A DNA stretch of 64,000 nt from Octopus bimaculoides (Eukaryota). Below are positions 36,890-50,850 of the stretch, piece by piece. Under the pieces are notes generated by a model, which was not told the origin of the DNA, made no database searches, and saw nothing but the letters and a program-made list of their open reading frames with translations. The stretch lies in contig NC_068997.1 in the NCBI RefSeq assembly GCF_001194135.2, forward strand, positions 4,826,761-4,890,760, given 5' to 3'. Both the position numbers and the translations under genes were made by a program. Position 1 is the stretch's first letter; each line of letters opens with the position of its first letter.

Positions 36890-37860
36890 ATGGTAAGTTG
36901 GCAGAATCATTAGCACACCAGGCAAAATGTTTAGTGGCATTTCATCTGTCTTTACGTTCTGAGTTCAAATTCTGCCAAGGCCGACTTAATCCTTTCAGGA
37001 TCAATGTAACTGACTTACCCACTTCCCTGAAAGTGCCAAAATTTGAAATCAATATTTCTTCTGGCTCTTTATTCTGTGAGTTCAAACCCTACCAAGATTA
37101 ACTTTGCCTTTTATCCCTCCTGGGTCAATAAAGCACCAATCCAATACTGGGATTTATTTAATTGACAAATCCCCTCCCTCAAAATTGCTGGACATGTGCC
37201 TATATACATTCTGAGTTCAACTTCTGCCAAAGCCAACTTAGTCTTCCATCCTTTCAGGCTCAAAAAAAAACAAGTACCTGTTAAGCACTGGGGTCAATCT
37301 TATCGACTATCCTCCTCCTCCTCCTCCAAAATTTCAGACCTTGTGCCAAAAGTAGAAAGGATTATTATTATTATTAAATCGAAAAAAAAAAAAATTCTTA
37401 TTATCATTAAGAGTGATAATTATTATTGTAATCAGCTGGAAGGCAGCGAGCTGGCAGAATTGTTAGCACACTGGACAAAATGCTTAGTGGTATTTCACCT
37501 GTCACTACATTCTGAGTTCAAATGCTGCCAAGGTCAAGTTTGCCTTTCCTTTTGAGATCAATGAAACTAGCACCATTTGAGCACTGGGACCACTGTAATT
37601 GACTAAACCCCTCTCACAAAATTTCAGGCCTTGTGCCTAAACTAGAAAGGATTATTATTGTCAGTTGGATTGCAAAAATCAGTAGTGTCAATCAAAATGC
37701 CTTGTGGGATTTAGTAACATACTGAACTCAAATATCATTTAGGTCAAATTTGTATTTCATCTTACAGAAGTCAGTAGAATAAAATACCAGTGAAACACTT
37801 GCATTAATACAATTGACTGGTCCCTCCTCCTCTTTCCCCACCAAGTTTGTGGGTGCCACA
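36890..37860 (+). mobile_element. Chain of about five tRNA/core SINE monomers
   Basis: Repeated (g)agttcaa B-box-like motif with core and tail at ~36960, 37078, 37212 and 37511, plus a degenerate unit at ~37720. Confidence 0.75.
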
Positions 37861-38294
37861 GAGAGAGAGTGGTGACAAAAATATCTTACATATTTAGTCT
37901 TGTTTAATATTATTTTTTTGTATATGTTGTTTTTGTTTAGTCCCATATCAATTTTGATTAAAGTCAGCAGGTTGTGGTTTGAGAGGGATTCGGCTGCTAT
38001 TTCTAGCAAGTCAATGCTTGGAGACCTTTGTTGTGATAACATAGATATTTTAATATGTGTGATATGTTATTCTGTAGTTTTAAAAAGAAAAAGTAAAGAC
38101 AAAACAGTCTGTGGGATCAGGGACAACCTGGATACACTTATCCAGTTATACCTCTCTTGTATTAAATATTTTAAACTTCCATCTCATGACCAAAAATTTC
38201 TAAAACCTTCTTCTACCCAACTGACTACATTTTGGTGAATCTTTGACTCTGTTGAAATATCTCTAATCCAGTATTTTGTCTTTGTTTCTTCCAG

Positions 38295-38405
38295 TATGAT
38301 ATTCCTGCTGGTATCTGCCGTCACCCTCACATATAAGGTGCTGTTAATCCAGGCCAAACTTGATACTCTGCAGGTTTGGTCACCTGCCTTAAAAAACTTG
38401 TATAG
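38295..38405 (+). CDS. GRAMD2: GRAMD2-like exon, transmembrane segment and following helix (MIFLLVSAVTLTYKVLLIQAKLDTLQVWSPALKNLY)
   Basis: Acceptor tttgtttcttccag, donor AG|GTAAAC, 111 nt, phase 2-2. Hydrophobic stretch followed by an amphipathic helix, as in GRAMD C-termini. Confidence 0.85.
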
Positions 38406-39571
38406 GTAAACACTTTACACTTGTTTGTTATTCTTTCTCTTGTTAGTTTCATTCAGTCATTGGGCTGTGACCATACTTGGATATCACCTTCAAGAGGGGT
38501 TTTTTTATCAATTATATCAATATTTGTCCTTACTGTTTTTTTTTTTTTGTTTTTTTCCTTTGATCTCTTAGCTTTAATCTTTATCTCTCATGTTTCTGCA
38601 ATAACCATGATGAAGCAGTTTCTGATTCCTCTTTCTCCTCTGTTCAGAAACCACTGCTCTTGCTTCCCTTTCTCTGTCCAAATACCAGCCATACAGGACA
38701 TAGTAGTTCCACAATATCCCACCCTTACTAGTAGTACTACTGTACACTACAATCTTCATGTCTCACAATTCCCTTAGCCTTTCAAATTTTAACCCCTTCC
38801 TTTCATGTTCCCTCTCCATGTTGTCTTCCTGAGGCACCTTGAATTCAACAATCAGCACTTTTTTTTTTGGTCACATTAGACCATGCTAATATACTCAGAG
38901 AATTGTTTCATTAAGGTAATATGGTTGGAGAGCACAAACACTTTCTTCAAATCCACTTTTACCTTTCAGTCATTTATGTCATGAAGACATCTAAGTGTGG
39001 CTTTCCTTTCTTTGTGTTCTTCTGCTCTCCTTTCTCACCCTCCTTATGGAAAAACAACAAGGTGCAACTTGTCTTGATTCTCACTACATTGACACTGCTG
39101 CATTGTTGCTGCAGTACATCAAGGGTATGTCATCAGATATACCCTGTAACGGATTACTTTTATGCTCCAGTAATGTATACGCTTCACATCAGAGTACTTG
39201 TTGGACAACAAACACACGCATACAGATTATATACGATAAGCTTCTGTATAGTTTGCATCAACCAAATTCATTCACAAGATATTGATCAACTTGAAGTGAT
39301 GTAAATTTTTAGGGTGTAGTTAGAGCAGGGAAGAAGGTAGTTATCCCAAGACTGGAGACTTAGGCCAAACGTCTGCAATAGATTGGACCAGGGGATATTT
39401 AAAATAGGTGACAATAAGTCAACCACCCCAAAACAGGAACAGTCCCTTTGATGAACATCTACACAAGTTTCTGTCTACCAAATTTCACTCACTAAACTTA
39501 AGTAGACCTGAAGGTATGGTAGAAGATACATGTACAAAATGGTGTGTACTGAGATTGAACCCAGAACTCTT

Positions 39572-39613
<42 letters not shown>

Positions 39614-40655
39614 ACACACGATTTCTATACCTGCCTACTTGTCATTTCAGAGATAAAATACATTCAGACATTTACATGATGCGAGCCCAGAGTCATAGTG
39701 CATTGGTCCAACAGCTACACCTCGTTTTAGAGGCTAATATACATGTATTGGAAGAAGTGAGTGTTTTAAACATACATTTTGTTGTTATTATTATTATTGT
39801 TGTTGTTGTTTGTGTTTGTTTTTTTCGGTGTTTAATCCTTAATATTGTTTGTTGAAGCCAAGCTTGAAACTGGATTTGTTTTCCTTGTCCTGCCAATTTT
39901 ACATATTTTGTTGAGTCATGTGACTGTTCAAATGATGTTTCCATCACTCATCTGTTGTGCCTATGGACTGATTGGTTAATGTACATTCAAGATCAACCAA
40001 TCAATGTATACTGCATATATGTATGCATGTAAGTGTGTGTGTATATAGTATGTATATATATATACTCTTATTCTTGCAAACAAGTCTACTATTGCCAGTA
40101 ACAATTGTGTAAACAAAGAAAAACATGAAGCTTGCGATGTGATGTGTCTTACCTCAAACTACACATGCATGTGTGCAAACAAAAGGACACAGTGCTAGGG
40201 AGGAAAAAATTCTTAAACTGACCACTACTTGTAATGGTGACAGTATCTTACAGTCAAGGCCTTTGGTATTTCCTCGGAATCAGTGCATTATCCAACATAT
40301 TTTTCAGTCTGCTAGTTATGAAGTCAAAAAGATGTCAGTTGGTCTTTGATACCAGTGTGGGGTAAAGAAAGAATTTGTAAAATATGTTCATCGATGTGAA
40401 GATAGCTAAGGAGTTTGTGACCATGTTCAGATGTGAGAGGTCATGAATATAACAGAATTATGGTAATTGTCTTAAGCAACTAGCTGATTTGGCTCCAATC
40501 AAATAAATACAGAAATATAATTCACTGCTAATTACGAAAAGGAAAACATTTGTTACAACCAGATTGAAATTCAACAATAATTAAATTTGATTCATACTAA
40601 AATACATGTATAATCTTTATTACACATGTGTTGTGTTATATATACACATACACAA

Positions 40656-41890
40656 AATAATGGAAACACCTTAAAATTTCAAACAAATTTATTTTAATAT
40701 GGCGTAGGACTGCCTTTGGCGGTAATTACAGCTTGAATTCTACGAGGTATAAACTCATACAAAGTTTGAATTGTTTCCAAAGGAATTTTTCTCCATTCTT
40801 CAGCTAAAACAGCCTCCAGTTGTTGTAGTGATTATGGTGGAGGATATCGACTCCTTACTTGTTTTTCTAAAATGCACCATAACTGTTCAATAATATTGAG
40901 ATCTGAGGACTGTGGTGGCCAGATAAAATGTTCAACTTCACTAGAATGTTCCTTGTGCCATTCAGTAACAACTTTAGCTGTGTGAATTGGTGCATTATCA
41001 TCCTGGAAGATTGTATTTCCCTCCAGAAACAGTTTTGCAACCATAGGATGAATTAGATCAGATAAAATGCTTAAATAGTCTTGACTATTAATTCTGCCAT
41101 GAAGGGAAACCATTGGGACGGTGGATTTCCAAGATACAGATCCCCAGATCATCACAGATCCTCCTCCACATTTAACAGTTGGAAAAAGGTAGTCTGGGTC
41201 AAATGCTTCTTTTGGCTGTCTCCACACGTATATTCAGCCCATGGTCAGAAATAAGGTAAAGGATGACTCGTCTGAGAAATAACATTTTTCCACTGCTCTA
41301 GGGACCAAATTCTGTAGGTTTTTACTCCACTCTAAATGCTTTGCAACGTTTGTTTTTGAAAGTAGTGGTTTTCTGATTGCAGCTCTCCAGTGAAATCCAG
41401 CTTTGTGAAGCTCCTGGCGAACAGTTTTTGTGGAAACTGGGTTCTTGAGGTGGTCATTAAGCTCTGCAGTAATTTTGGGAGCTGTGCTTTTGTGATCCTT
41501 TCCAACAATTCGCAAAAGAGTCTGACAGTCCCTATCTGAAAGTTTTGGTTTTCTTCTAGAGTTTTGTTTTGATGAGGAGGTTTTTCCCTCTTTCTCAAAG
41601 GCTGTCATTACTTTCAAGACAGTACTTCTTGATACACCAAACATTTCGGCTGTTTTTGTTACCCTAGCGCCTGCCATATGAGCACCAACAATTTGACCTC
41701 TTTGAAAGTCCAATAGATCTGTCATTTTAATTACCTTTTTCGGATGATATCTAAAAAGAAATAGCAATTTTAACAAAACATATTAAGCAACACTAATAAT
41801 AAATCAAAAAACATAAAAATAAACTAGCTTTTGCTGGTTTTATAGATATTTCAAAATTATAATGCTATGATGCTATGTGTTTCCATTATT
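40656..41890 (-). mobile_element. Near full-length Tc1-family transposon, transposase frameshifted (ATG 41725, stop ~40695)
   Basis: MTDLLDFQRGQIVGA..FSDES..GGGSVMIWG..FQDDNAPIHT..WPPQSSDLNIIEQLW (DD34E). Inverted repeat aataatggaaacac at 40656-40669 and 41877-41890; the right end runs into a gap. Confidence 0.92.
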
Positions 41891-42739
41891 NNNNNNNNNN
41901 NNNNNNNNNNNNNNNNNNNNNNNNNNNNNNNNNNNNNNNNNNNNNNNNNNNNNNNNNNNNNNNNNNNNNNNNNNNNNNNNNNNNNNNNNNNNNNNNNNNN
42001 NNNNNNNNNNNNNNNNNNNNNNNNNNNNNNNNNNNNNNNNNNNNNNNNNNNNNNNNNNNNNNNNNNNNNNNNNNNNNNNNNNNNNNNNNNNNNNNNNNNN
42101 NNNNNNNNNNNNNNNNNNNNNNNNNNNNNNNNNNNNNNNNNNNNNNNNNNNNNNNNNNNNNNNNNNNNNNNNNNNNNNNNNNNNNNNNNNNNNNNNNNNN
42201 NNNNNNNNNNNNNNNNNNNNNNNNNNNNNNNNNNNNNNNNNNNNNNNNNNNNNNNNNNNNNNNNNNNNNNNNNNNNNNNNNNNNNNNNNNNNNNNNNNNN
42301 NNNNNNNNNNNNNNNNNNNNNNNNNNNNNNNNNNNNNNNNNNNNNNNNNNNNNNNNNNNNNNNNNNNNNNNNNNNNNNNNNNNNNNNNNNNNNNNNNNNN
42401 NNNNNNNNNNNNNNNNNNNNNNNNNNNNNNNNNNNNNNNNNNNNNNNNNNNNNNNNNNNNNNNNNNNNNNNNNNNNNNNNNNNNNNNNNNNNNNNNNNNN
42501 NNNNNNNNNNNNNNNNNNNNNNNNNNNNNNNNNNNNNNNNNNNNNNNNNNNNNNNNNNNNNNNNNNNNNNNNNNNNNNNNNNNNNNNNNNNNNNNNNNNN
42601 NNNNNNNNNNNNNNNNNNNNNNNNNNNNNNNNNNNNNNNNNNNNNNNNNNNNNNNNNNNNNNNNNNNNNNNNNNNNNNNNNNNNNNNNNNNNNNNNNNNN
42701 NNNNNNNNNNNNNNNNNNNNNNNNNNNNNNNNNNNNNNN
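41891..42739. other. Assembly gap (849 N); smaller gaps at 2425-2434, 12961-12970, 28078-28087, 46145-46154, 49710-49764, 54660-54825
   Basis: N runs in the sequence. Confidence 0.99.
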
Positions 42740-44513
42740 CCTCTCAAAGCTTAATTTAATTTTAATTTTTTTTTTTTTGTTTCATTTGTCTTAAATCTAA
42801 ATTATTTTTACATACAACTAGTTGTCTCCCTCCCTCCCTCCCTCACACAAACACTTTCTCACGCTCTCGAACACACACACACACACAGAAATTGCCTGAA
42901 ACTCAGAAATATTTGCAGTAGATGTTGGTGACTCTCTCCCATCAAATCCTCGTCTCTATTTATTGATACAGTCTGATGCCTCTGCAAGTTACCATCGCTC
43001 TATATTTTATTGTTTTATTGTTTTTCTTTTAACTTTATTATCATCTCAGTAACTTAATATGTATTAATTTACTTATGTTCACAAAACTTTTTAATTCCTT
43101 GTTTTCCAACATCACAGAAGAGTTGAAGCAGATAATTCTTTATCTCCCTTGTTATTGGGTTTCTCTGGATTTTTTTTCCTCCCAAGTTTCTCAGATACAC
43201 ACACACACATAAATTCGTTATTGGCGATGGAAAGAGTATTTGTTCAGAATAGTAATATGTATATCTTACTTAACATAGATATACTGTAAGAAAGCCACAA
43301 TGCTACGGTATTCATCTTGAAAAGGCATCTCAGTATCACTGTTTTAACTTTCTTACAGTAGATCTACATTAAGTATGATATACAGATGGATACACATACA
43401 CACAAACACTAAATATTATGTTATCTCTCTATGTCTGTTTCTCTGATTTATTTCTCCAAACGATTTTGTTGCCTTGTGCAGTACAGTTTCAGTGTTTGAA
43501 GTTGATGTTTGTGTTTTTCCCCATACTTCTCTTCCTTTCCCGTTCTCCTCCTCTCCCTCCCAATAACCTTCAACTCATCATTATAACTCCCTGAATGAGA
43601 AACCTTGGAGTTTCTTTTTTTAAAAAAGTTTTTTTTTTATTTTACAACCAGCTTTTATTCAATTATTTTCTACATTTAAATTAAATATATACTTGAATTC
43701 ACATCAGTTATAGACACACACATATACATGGCAGGGTCGTATATATGTAACACTAAATTTTAAAAAAATAGATCAATTGGAGTTATCCAAGCAATTAGTA
43801 GACAAAACCTCCCCCTTGGGTTGCTTAATTTAAAAAACAAGGGCGATATCAATGATTTGTTGAGAGAGTGCAAAAGTGTTTAACAGGGGACGTAATTCTT
43901 TATTCACTAGTGTGTGTGAAATTGTGTGGGCATTGTGTTGTAAGTTCTGTGAATTGCCAAAGACACTATTGAATTCTATAAACTGTCTCAGTGACAGGCC
44001 TCACATCTAGACTGACTTTTTGCTATATGCACACCTATGTATATATGTATAAAAGCAGGCTAGGTACTAAAATGAAACTCAGAACAAACTGTCATTACAC
44101 ATGACTTTCAGTACGTTATTCCTAGCACTCACTGAGAAAATGTACTGGTTTAGGTCCACCAAGCATACAGATATGTGATAATACCTTTGACCTTTCCTAT
44201 TTATTTCTCTTGGACCAATTTCCACTGAATTTTATTTCATCTACAGTAATTTCACATGTTCTTCTAAGAATGCCAGATTTTTATTTTCAACAGATATAAT
44301 AATTAAAATGATAATAATAATTTGTCCTGTGATAACTTTCACTGAACAACATCTAGCTGACTTAGCTGAGAATAGTGACATTGGTATGTACCCTGTCATT
44401 GATCTGGTTTATGGTGACCCTATGGGAGGGTTTGGCTAACTTTAATGCCTAACTATTGGTTAAAGACCTATTGATGTGGAGAGGGTTGTGTGTGTGTATG
44501 TATGTACACACAC

Positions 44514-44552
<39 letters not shown>

Positions 44553-47500
44553 TCCTACCACTGCATTCACTAGGCTTCTTTGCAATAAAGTTGGTCCTGT
44601 GAGAAGGAGAGGTGGGTCACTTTGATATTAAACCATCTACACTGAATCCAGTCTTCATATTCTGTGTATGAAGTTTTCTAGCTTTCATAGTTGTAACTTA
44701 ATATTGCAAAGGAAAGTGATAACAAAATAACTTAAATATGTATATAACTATCTCTGTACCACTACCAATCTATGTTTATGTTCTATCTGAATATCTTTCA
44801 ATTTATAGTAGAAAGATCAGGGACAAATACCACAAGACCTCTCATCTAACACTCTAACAAAGCCACCATTCCACTGCCCTAGACTGGTTCTTGGTTTATT
44901 GACCCTAAAAGGGGTGAAAGGCAAAGTTGACCTCAGTGGGATTTGAACTCAAAACTTCAGAGAGCCAGAACAGATATCAAAAGGTATACAATCCACCACT
45001 CTGATAACTAGGCCACTCATGGTGCCTGCTTGGTTGTGCATTTGTGTGTGTGTGTGTGTGTGCATGAAAGAGTATAAAAATCTATTTGCATATGTGTGTG
45101 TATGTAAAGTCCCAGATTAATGTTTCACACCTTGTTAGCCTAGTTGATTTTTCTTTACTCTGTGATTATCTTTAAACTCATTTCTCCAGTTCTGTTAGAC
45201 AAAACAATTCTTCATCACTAGTTTTAAGGTTATTTCTCCAGTTTTGCTATTATTTAGACATCCTGACAGGAAAAAATGCTTCTCTCCAGAATCCCTCCCA
45301 CAGTTTGTGATGAGTAATGATATGCAACAAAAGCTGAAACTCCCAGTAGTTATGGTCAGTTACCCAGGTCACAGCTCAACTATGACTTCACTAATATCCC
45401 TTATAATCTTTGGAAAAGTATAAACATCACAGCATCCTAATATCTTATTTCTACTTTCTTTTATAAATACTGTGTCTTAGTTCCTGGCTATATGAAACCA
45501 ATCGCTATGCAAATAACTGGTAACTACCAGACTGTCTTATACAGGTATATTGAGAGGAAGATAGGGAGAGAGGCTCATTGACAACCCAATTAGTCTTGGG
45601 ACTCACTTGAACAAGTCTGTACAATTATCAAAAAATGAATGCCTTAATAAAAAAAAATAATAATAAAATGGGTTAGCTATGAAAATTACATATTGGGATG
45701 GTATTTGATGCAGAGTTGAGCCCAGAAAAATTTATAAATTTGTATTTATGTATTTTATTGGAGCAAAAATATGCCTGATTTTAATTCTGAAGTTTTGGGG
45801 GAAATCCGAGGAAATTTGTTAAATTACTGAAAAGGAGAAAGCAAACAATAACTTGGTGTATTTTAAATGGAAAGTGAATATTGAATTTTAAATTCTGGTT
45901 TTAAACTTGGAATCAATTTGGTCTTTTATCTGAGTTGTCTGATTCTTGAAAAGTTTTCAGAAAATATGGAATATTTCTTGCAATATATATACATGAAAAC
46001 ATAATATTCATAAATGGATTTGGGGAAATAATCTTCAGTTTTAGATTTTAATTTTTAATCATACATTTTTAATTGATTATAATATTAAAAATATTTTGGG
46101 GGTAACAAACTAAAGATTTTAAGCTAAATAAAATAGTTTTTTCTNNNNNNNNNNCTGAGTTGTCTGATTCTTGAAAAGTTTTCAGAAAATATGGAATATT
46201 TCTTGCAATATATATACATGAAAACATAATATTCATAAATGGATTTGGGGAAATAATCTTCAGTTTTAGATTTTAATTTTTAATCATACATTTTTAATTG
46301 ATTATAATATTAAAAATATTTTGGGGGTAACAAACTAAAGATTTTAAGCTAAATAAAATAGTTTTTTCTACATACTCTAATTTATCTTACATGGTCAGGT
46401 ATAAGATCATCATCATCATCATCATTTAACTTCCGCTTTCCATGCTAGCATGGGTTGGACGATTTGATTGAGGACTGATGAAACCGGATGGCAACACCAG
46501 GCTCCAATCTAATTTGGCAGAGTTTCTACAGCTGGATGCCCTTCCTAACGCCAACCACTCGGAGATCTCCACAAATATAATTTTATTCCCATACCTCCAG
46601 CAAGAAATGTAAAATATAAGCAAGTTGCTTCCACCCACCCACCTCTCTCTTTCTCTCATGACCTCATAGAATTTACTGAACTATCTACTTCCCTCGTGTG
46701 AAGGCTATGGCTCTGCAGTGACTCTCACATTTCATGAAATACTAAGGTATCTCAAAGGGAAGCTGATCTGTGGCTCATTACATTTCTTATAAAATACCAT
46801 GATATTAAATAGCCAGCAAAGGATGCATTAGTGTCATCTAACACACTAGAAATAGCAGCCAACACTCCTCAAATTACTGTACCACTTTTGGAAAAGGGAT
46901 AACACATTGGATAATGAGGTTTAAGATATGCAATATCCAGTGATAGAGGAAGGGGAGTGGTACATGGCTGGAACATCTTTGGTCATAGATCCACTGTCAG
47001 ATCTGACCTGGCACTAAACAAATAAAACCATTTAACAACTGAAATATTTCCCAGGGTACCAGACTTTAAGACTTGACTATATTCAGTATCAATGCCTCAT
47101 GTTCTCGCTTCAAATCCTGTCGGGGTTTTCTACTTCGCATTTCATCCCTCCAAGGGTTGGTAAAATATATACTAGTTATATACTTAGTGTGAATGTGTAT
47201 TGATACATGTCTATGTCACATATACATATATATGTATCTATTGTATTGTGCTTTTTATGTTTTTTCTTATACACACACACGTGTATGTATATAAAATGTG
47301 TGTCTGTGGGTATATATATATATAATCTCGCACTAATGTTCTTTTTGAGAAAAGTATGAAAACTACAACAGCCTTTAGTGCCCCTCCTCCTTTTGTGAAT
47401 CTACAGCTGTGCTACCTTTTTATTCTTTTCCATTTCTCTCCTGCTCTCCCCTCCTCTCATTTTATTCATGTTCTTTCCCTCCCTCCCCTCTTTCTCTCTT

Positions 47501-47949
47501 TCTCTCATTGCTAATTTCTCACACTTTTCCTTTCTTCCTGCAGTTTTTTCTCTGCCTCACACCAGTACGTGTGCATATGTACATACATATATGTATATCT
47601 GTAGTGTGTGGTTTCCCTTACCACCACAACAACTATGCACTTGTTGCATCAATGCTGTTGACACGGCAAGTCTTCTGCATGTCTGTTTGACAGCACCTCC
47701 TGTGTGTGTAAGACCTACCGAGATGGTGGTTCTTACACGCCACCATCTCGCCTTTGGGTGCCTTTAGTTGAATCTGTTGCAAATATTTAGTCCAAACCAG
47801 AGCACTGGTTAGGGGCTTTGTCTTTGTTTACTTGTCATCAGTCACGTCAACTACATTAGTTTGGCACTGAGGCCAACAAAGATCAGGGTTGTTTTGACAA
47901 GCCCCATCTGACTATATATACATATATATATATACTTACACATACATGT

Positions 47950-47980
<31 letters not shown>

Positions 47981-48080
47981 TACATAGAGTGTGGGGTGGA
48001 GAAGAATTGAAGATCAGAGAAGCAGCATTATTATTATAATAACTAGCAGTAGAATTGAAAAAAATGCATTTCTATTGTAA

Positions 48081-48246
48081 CATCATCATCATCATCATCG
48101 TTTAACGTCCGCTTTCCATGCTAGCATGGGTTGGACGATTTGACTGAGGACTGGTGAAACCGGATGGCAACACCAGGCTCCAATCTGATCTGGCAGAGTT
48201 TCTACAGCTGGATGCCCTTCCTAACGCCAACCACTCAGAGAGTGTA
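48081..48246 (-). mobile_element. Young RTE-related SINE 3' end with (GAT)n tail
   Basis: Nearly identical to 2449-2583 and 46406-46563. Contains the palindrome CCATGCTAGCATGG. Confidence 0.8.
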
Positions 48247-48313
48247 TGAACAGTGTGTGATAAAGCTCATATCAAAGAGGAAAATTATCTTTGCCATTAC
48301 CACTATCATTATC

Positions 48314-48347
<34 letters not shown>

Positions 48348-48860
48348 CAAAAACAACTCTAAGACAAAGACCATATTTTCAGAATTATGTTTGACCAAAA
48401 GAGTATTTGTTGTGTTCAAAGTATTGCAACTATGCAAAGATGTGTGAGTTCTTGCATTCTGCTTTCATCTTTCTTAAAATAGTTATTGCTGTCTTAATGT
48501 TTGGAGGAAAGCAGAACAGAATGAAGGTACATACAGGTGGGGGTGCTATGAGGAAATGTAGGTGGGGATTTTTGGGAGAGGAGGTCCTTTTTTTTTTCTC
48601 CAGTTACACAAAAGAGAAAAGGAATTACTCACTCTCTTCAGAATTCTTCATAATGATATATAACCTTAAACTGATCTCATCCTCTTGGAGTAGCCATGTT
48701 GTTTAGAGAGAGAAAAGAAAGATCCTGGTAGATTCTGATTTCAGAATCCTACACAAAATCTTTATAATTGATTAAGATATAATTATCTTTCTGCAAAAGT
48801 TTATTACATTTCATTTTAGAATGGTATCCATCTGTAAAGACATTTGTTTCAACAAAATCC

Positions 48861-48894
<34 letters not shown>

Positions 48895-48895
<1 letters not shown>

Positions 48896-49240
48896 AATAA
48901 AGATAGTTATGGCCAGTCTATGAGGTTACCCAGGGTTTTACATTCATAAAGCTCTTAGGTTTACAGCATTTCTTCAGACCCTAATGGCCGGTGGCCTACA
49001 CCCTCTCTTCAAAGTGGAAGGAGAAAAGATCTCTTGGCTAGTTGTTGACCACGTGAACAAAGAAGAGTAAAATACAAGGGATTGTCTCCCTTAGGCTACT
49101 ATCCATAATCGACCTGGTCAGCTTGTGAATCTCAGGATTTCAGAAGGGATCTTCTGAACTGGAAGCAGGGTCCAAAGACTTCTGTCCTGGAATTTAATAT
49201 GCTTCGCAGTTCAAGGTAGTTCTGTAATATTCCTGCCCAT
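48895..49240 (-). mobile_element. Possible Penelope-like 3' fragment
   Basis: Minus strand ILNSRTEVFGPCFQFRRSLL resembles the LN.R.E....C..RR..L tail of Penelope GIY-YIG domains. Weak. Confidence 0.35.
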
Positions 49241-49938
49241 TCAGCTATATGTATGTAGAGAGAGATAGGTAGACATTAAATGATCATAAATACGCACATC
49301 TATTGTGTAGTAGAATTAGTTAACCATTTAGTTAGCCCAATCACCAACCAACTAGTTTATGGGCAGTAAGATACTTTGAATTCCTAACTCAAAATGAGAT
49401 AATGAGTTCTAACTTTTCCTGCCATTTATATACTATTTTGAATCAGTTGTGTGTGTGTGTGTGCATATATCTATATTTATCATCATCATCATCAAGTAGT
49501 ATATTACTGGTATTGGCATATAGCTTCTCAGAATTTTACTGAATTGTGACAATATTGGTCCAAAACCAAAAGTAACATTTTGACCAGTTATATGCCTTAA
49601 CTAGTAATATGCTGCCTGATGATATAAAAAGATATCTGCTCTTACATTGAATGTGCTTTTATTTCTGACTTATGGACAACTAATTGATCATACATGTATG
49701 TATGTATATNNNNNNNNNNNNNNNNNNNNNNNNNNNNNNNNNNNNNNNNNNNNNNNNNNNNNNNTATACACACAATCATTTCATCATCTGACATGTGGCA
49801 TGTGATGCACCTGTACCATATGTCAATTTGATGGAGGGAGTGAGCTTATGTTTACACAAACATTTGGTCACTCTAAACAAATTATTTGTGTGGTTGTTCC
49901 CTCACACATCATCTAACGACAGGAGAGTCCATTATGAT

Positions 49939-49973
<35 letters not shown>

Positions 49974-50850
49974 GTATGTTCTGCATTACTCCAAGCTTCT
50001 GACACAATTTTTCGGTTTCTTATAGAAAGATTATTTAGTAACATTGCTAAACACAACACAAAGATTTTTTTTGGTCAAAGAGCTTTGAAAATTTAAGAAA
50101 CAAGGATTTTAATGACAACAACTAAAAATGTCCAAATTTTAGGCTTTCTTTGGATTTTTTTCAATGATTAAAGATTAATTTTACTTTTAATTTATTGGTG
50201 GGGAAATCTATTAGAATTGTTATTTCATATTTGAACTCCATTAAGCGGTGGTACTAAGCTGTGTGTAAGTTATTAAGTATGATACAGGTTCGAATGTCAC
50301 CCAATTCATTGCACTGAATTAGTTTCTCATGAGCCTTTAATTTGTGATTATTGTCACTAGGTTGGAGTATGGCTGGCTGGCACTGAGCCATTTTAACTTG
50401 TCTGTCTGTGGATGAAAACTTTCAGTGATAACCCAACAAAATACATCCACAATTCTCTCCCCTCCCCCCACTTTTGGACCCTACACTAGGTAATTCTTAT
50501 CCAGCCTGTTTTCCATGGTGATCCCATAAAAGGACCTGATCAGTAACACTAATTATTCATTTGCATAGAGTGTGCCCTAATCCACTTCAACATTCTTCAT
50601 CTTAAATTAGAGTTTCAGTCAGTGGACATCAAACACTACATCAGGATTACAGATTTAAATTAATATTTGAATGAGAAATTGTATTTTATAGTTAGGTATA
50701 TATCATTAAAAGACCTTTTTTTTTACCAACATTATAATAATCACTTCAACTTTGTAAATAGGGTGAAATTAGGGTTTTATGTTATGTGAAGGGGCTGAAT
50801 AAAAGGTCGGTCAGCATAAGCTTAAAGACCTTCACTGATGATGGTGACTG

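Noticed and set aside
40308-40361. 54-nt phase 2-2 open candidate exon (LLVMKSKRCQLVFDTSV)
   Set aside because: The splice sites are only moderate and there is no resemblance to GRAMD proteins. Chance is expected in a 15-kb intron.
41857-42794. ~300-aa ORFs
   Set aside because: They consist of X from the N gap. The ORFs at 54607-55047 are the same artefact.
44227-44383. Open frame ending at TTG|GTATGT
   Set aside because: The peptide is low-complexity (IIIKMIIII) and the nearer acceptor is closed in the required phase.
45930-46369. Identical 215-bp direct repeat
   Set aside because: The copies (45930-46144, 46155-46369) flank a 10-N gap exactly, so this is most likely an unmerged contig overlap.
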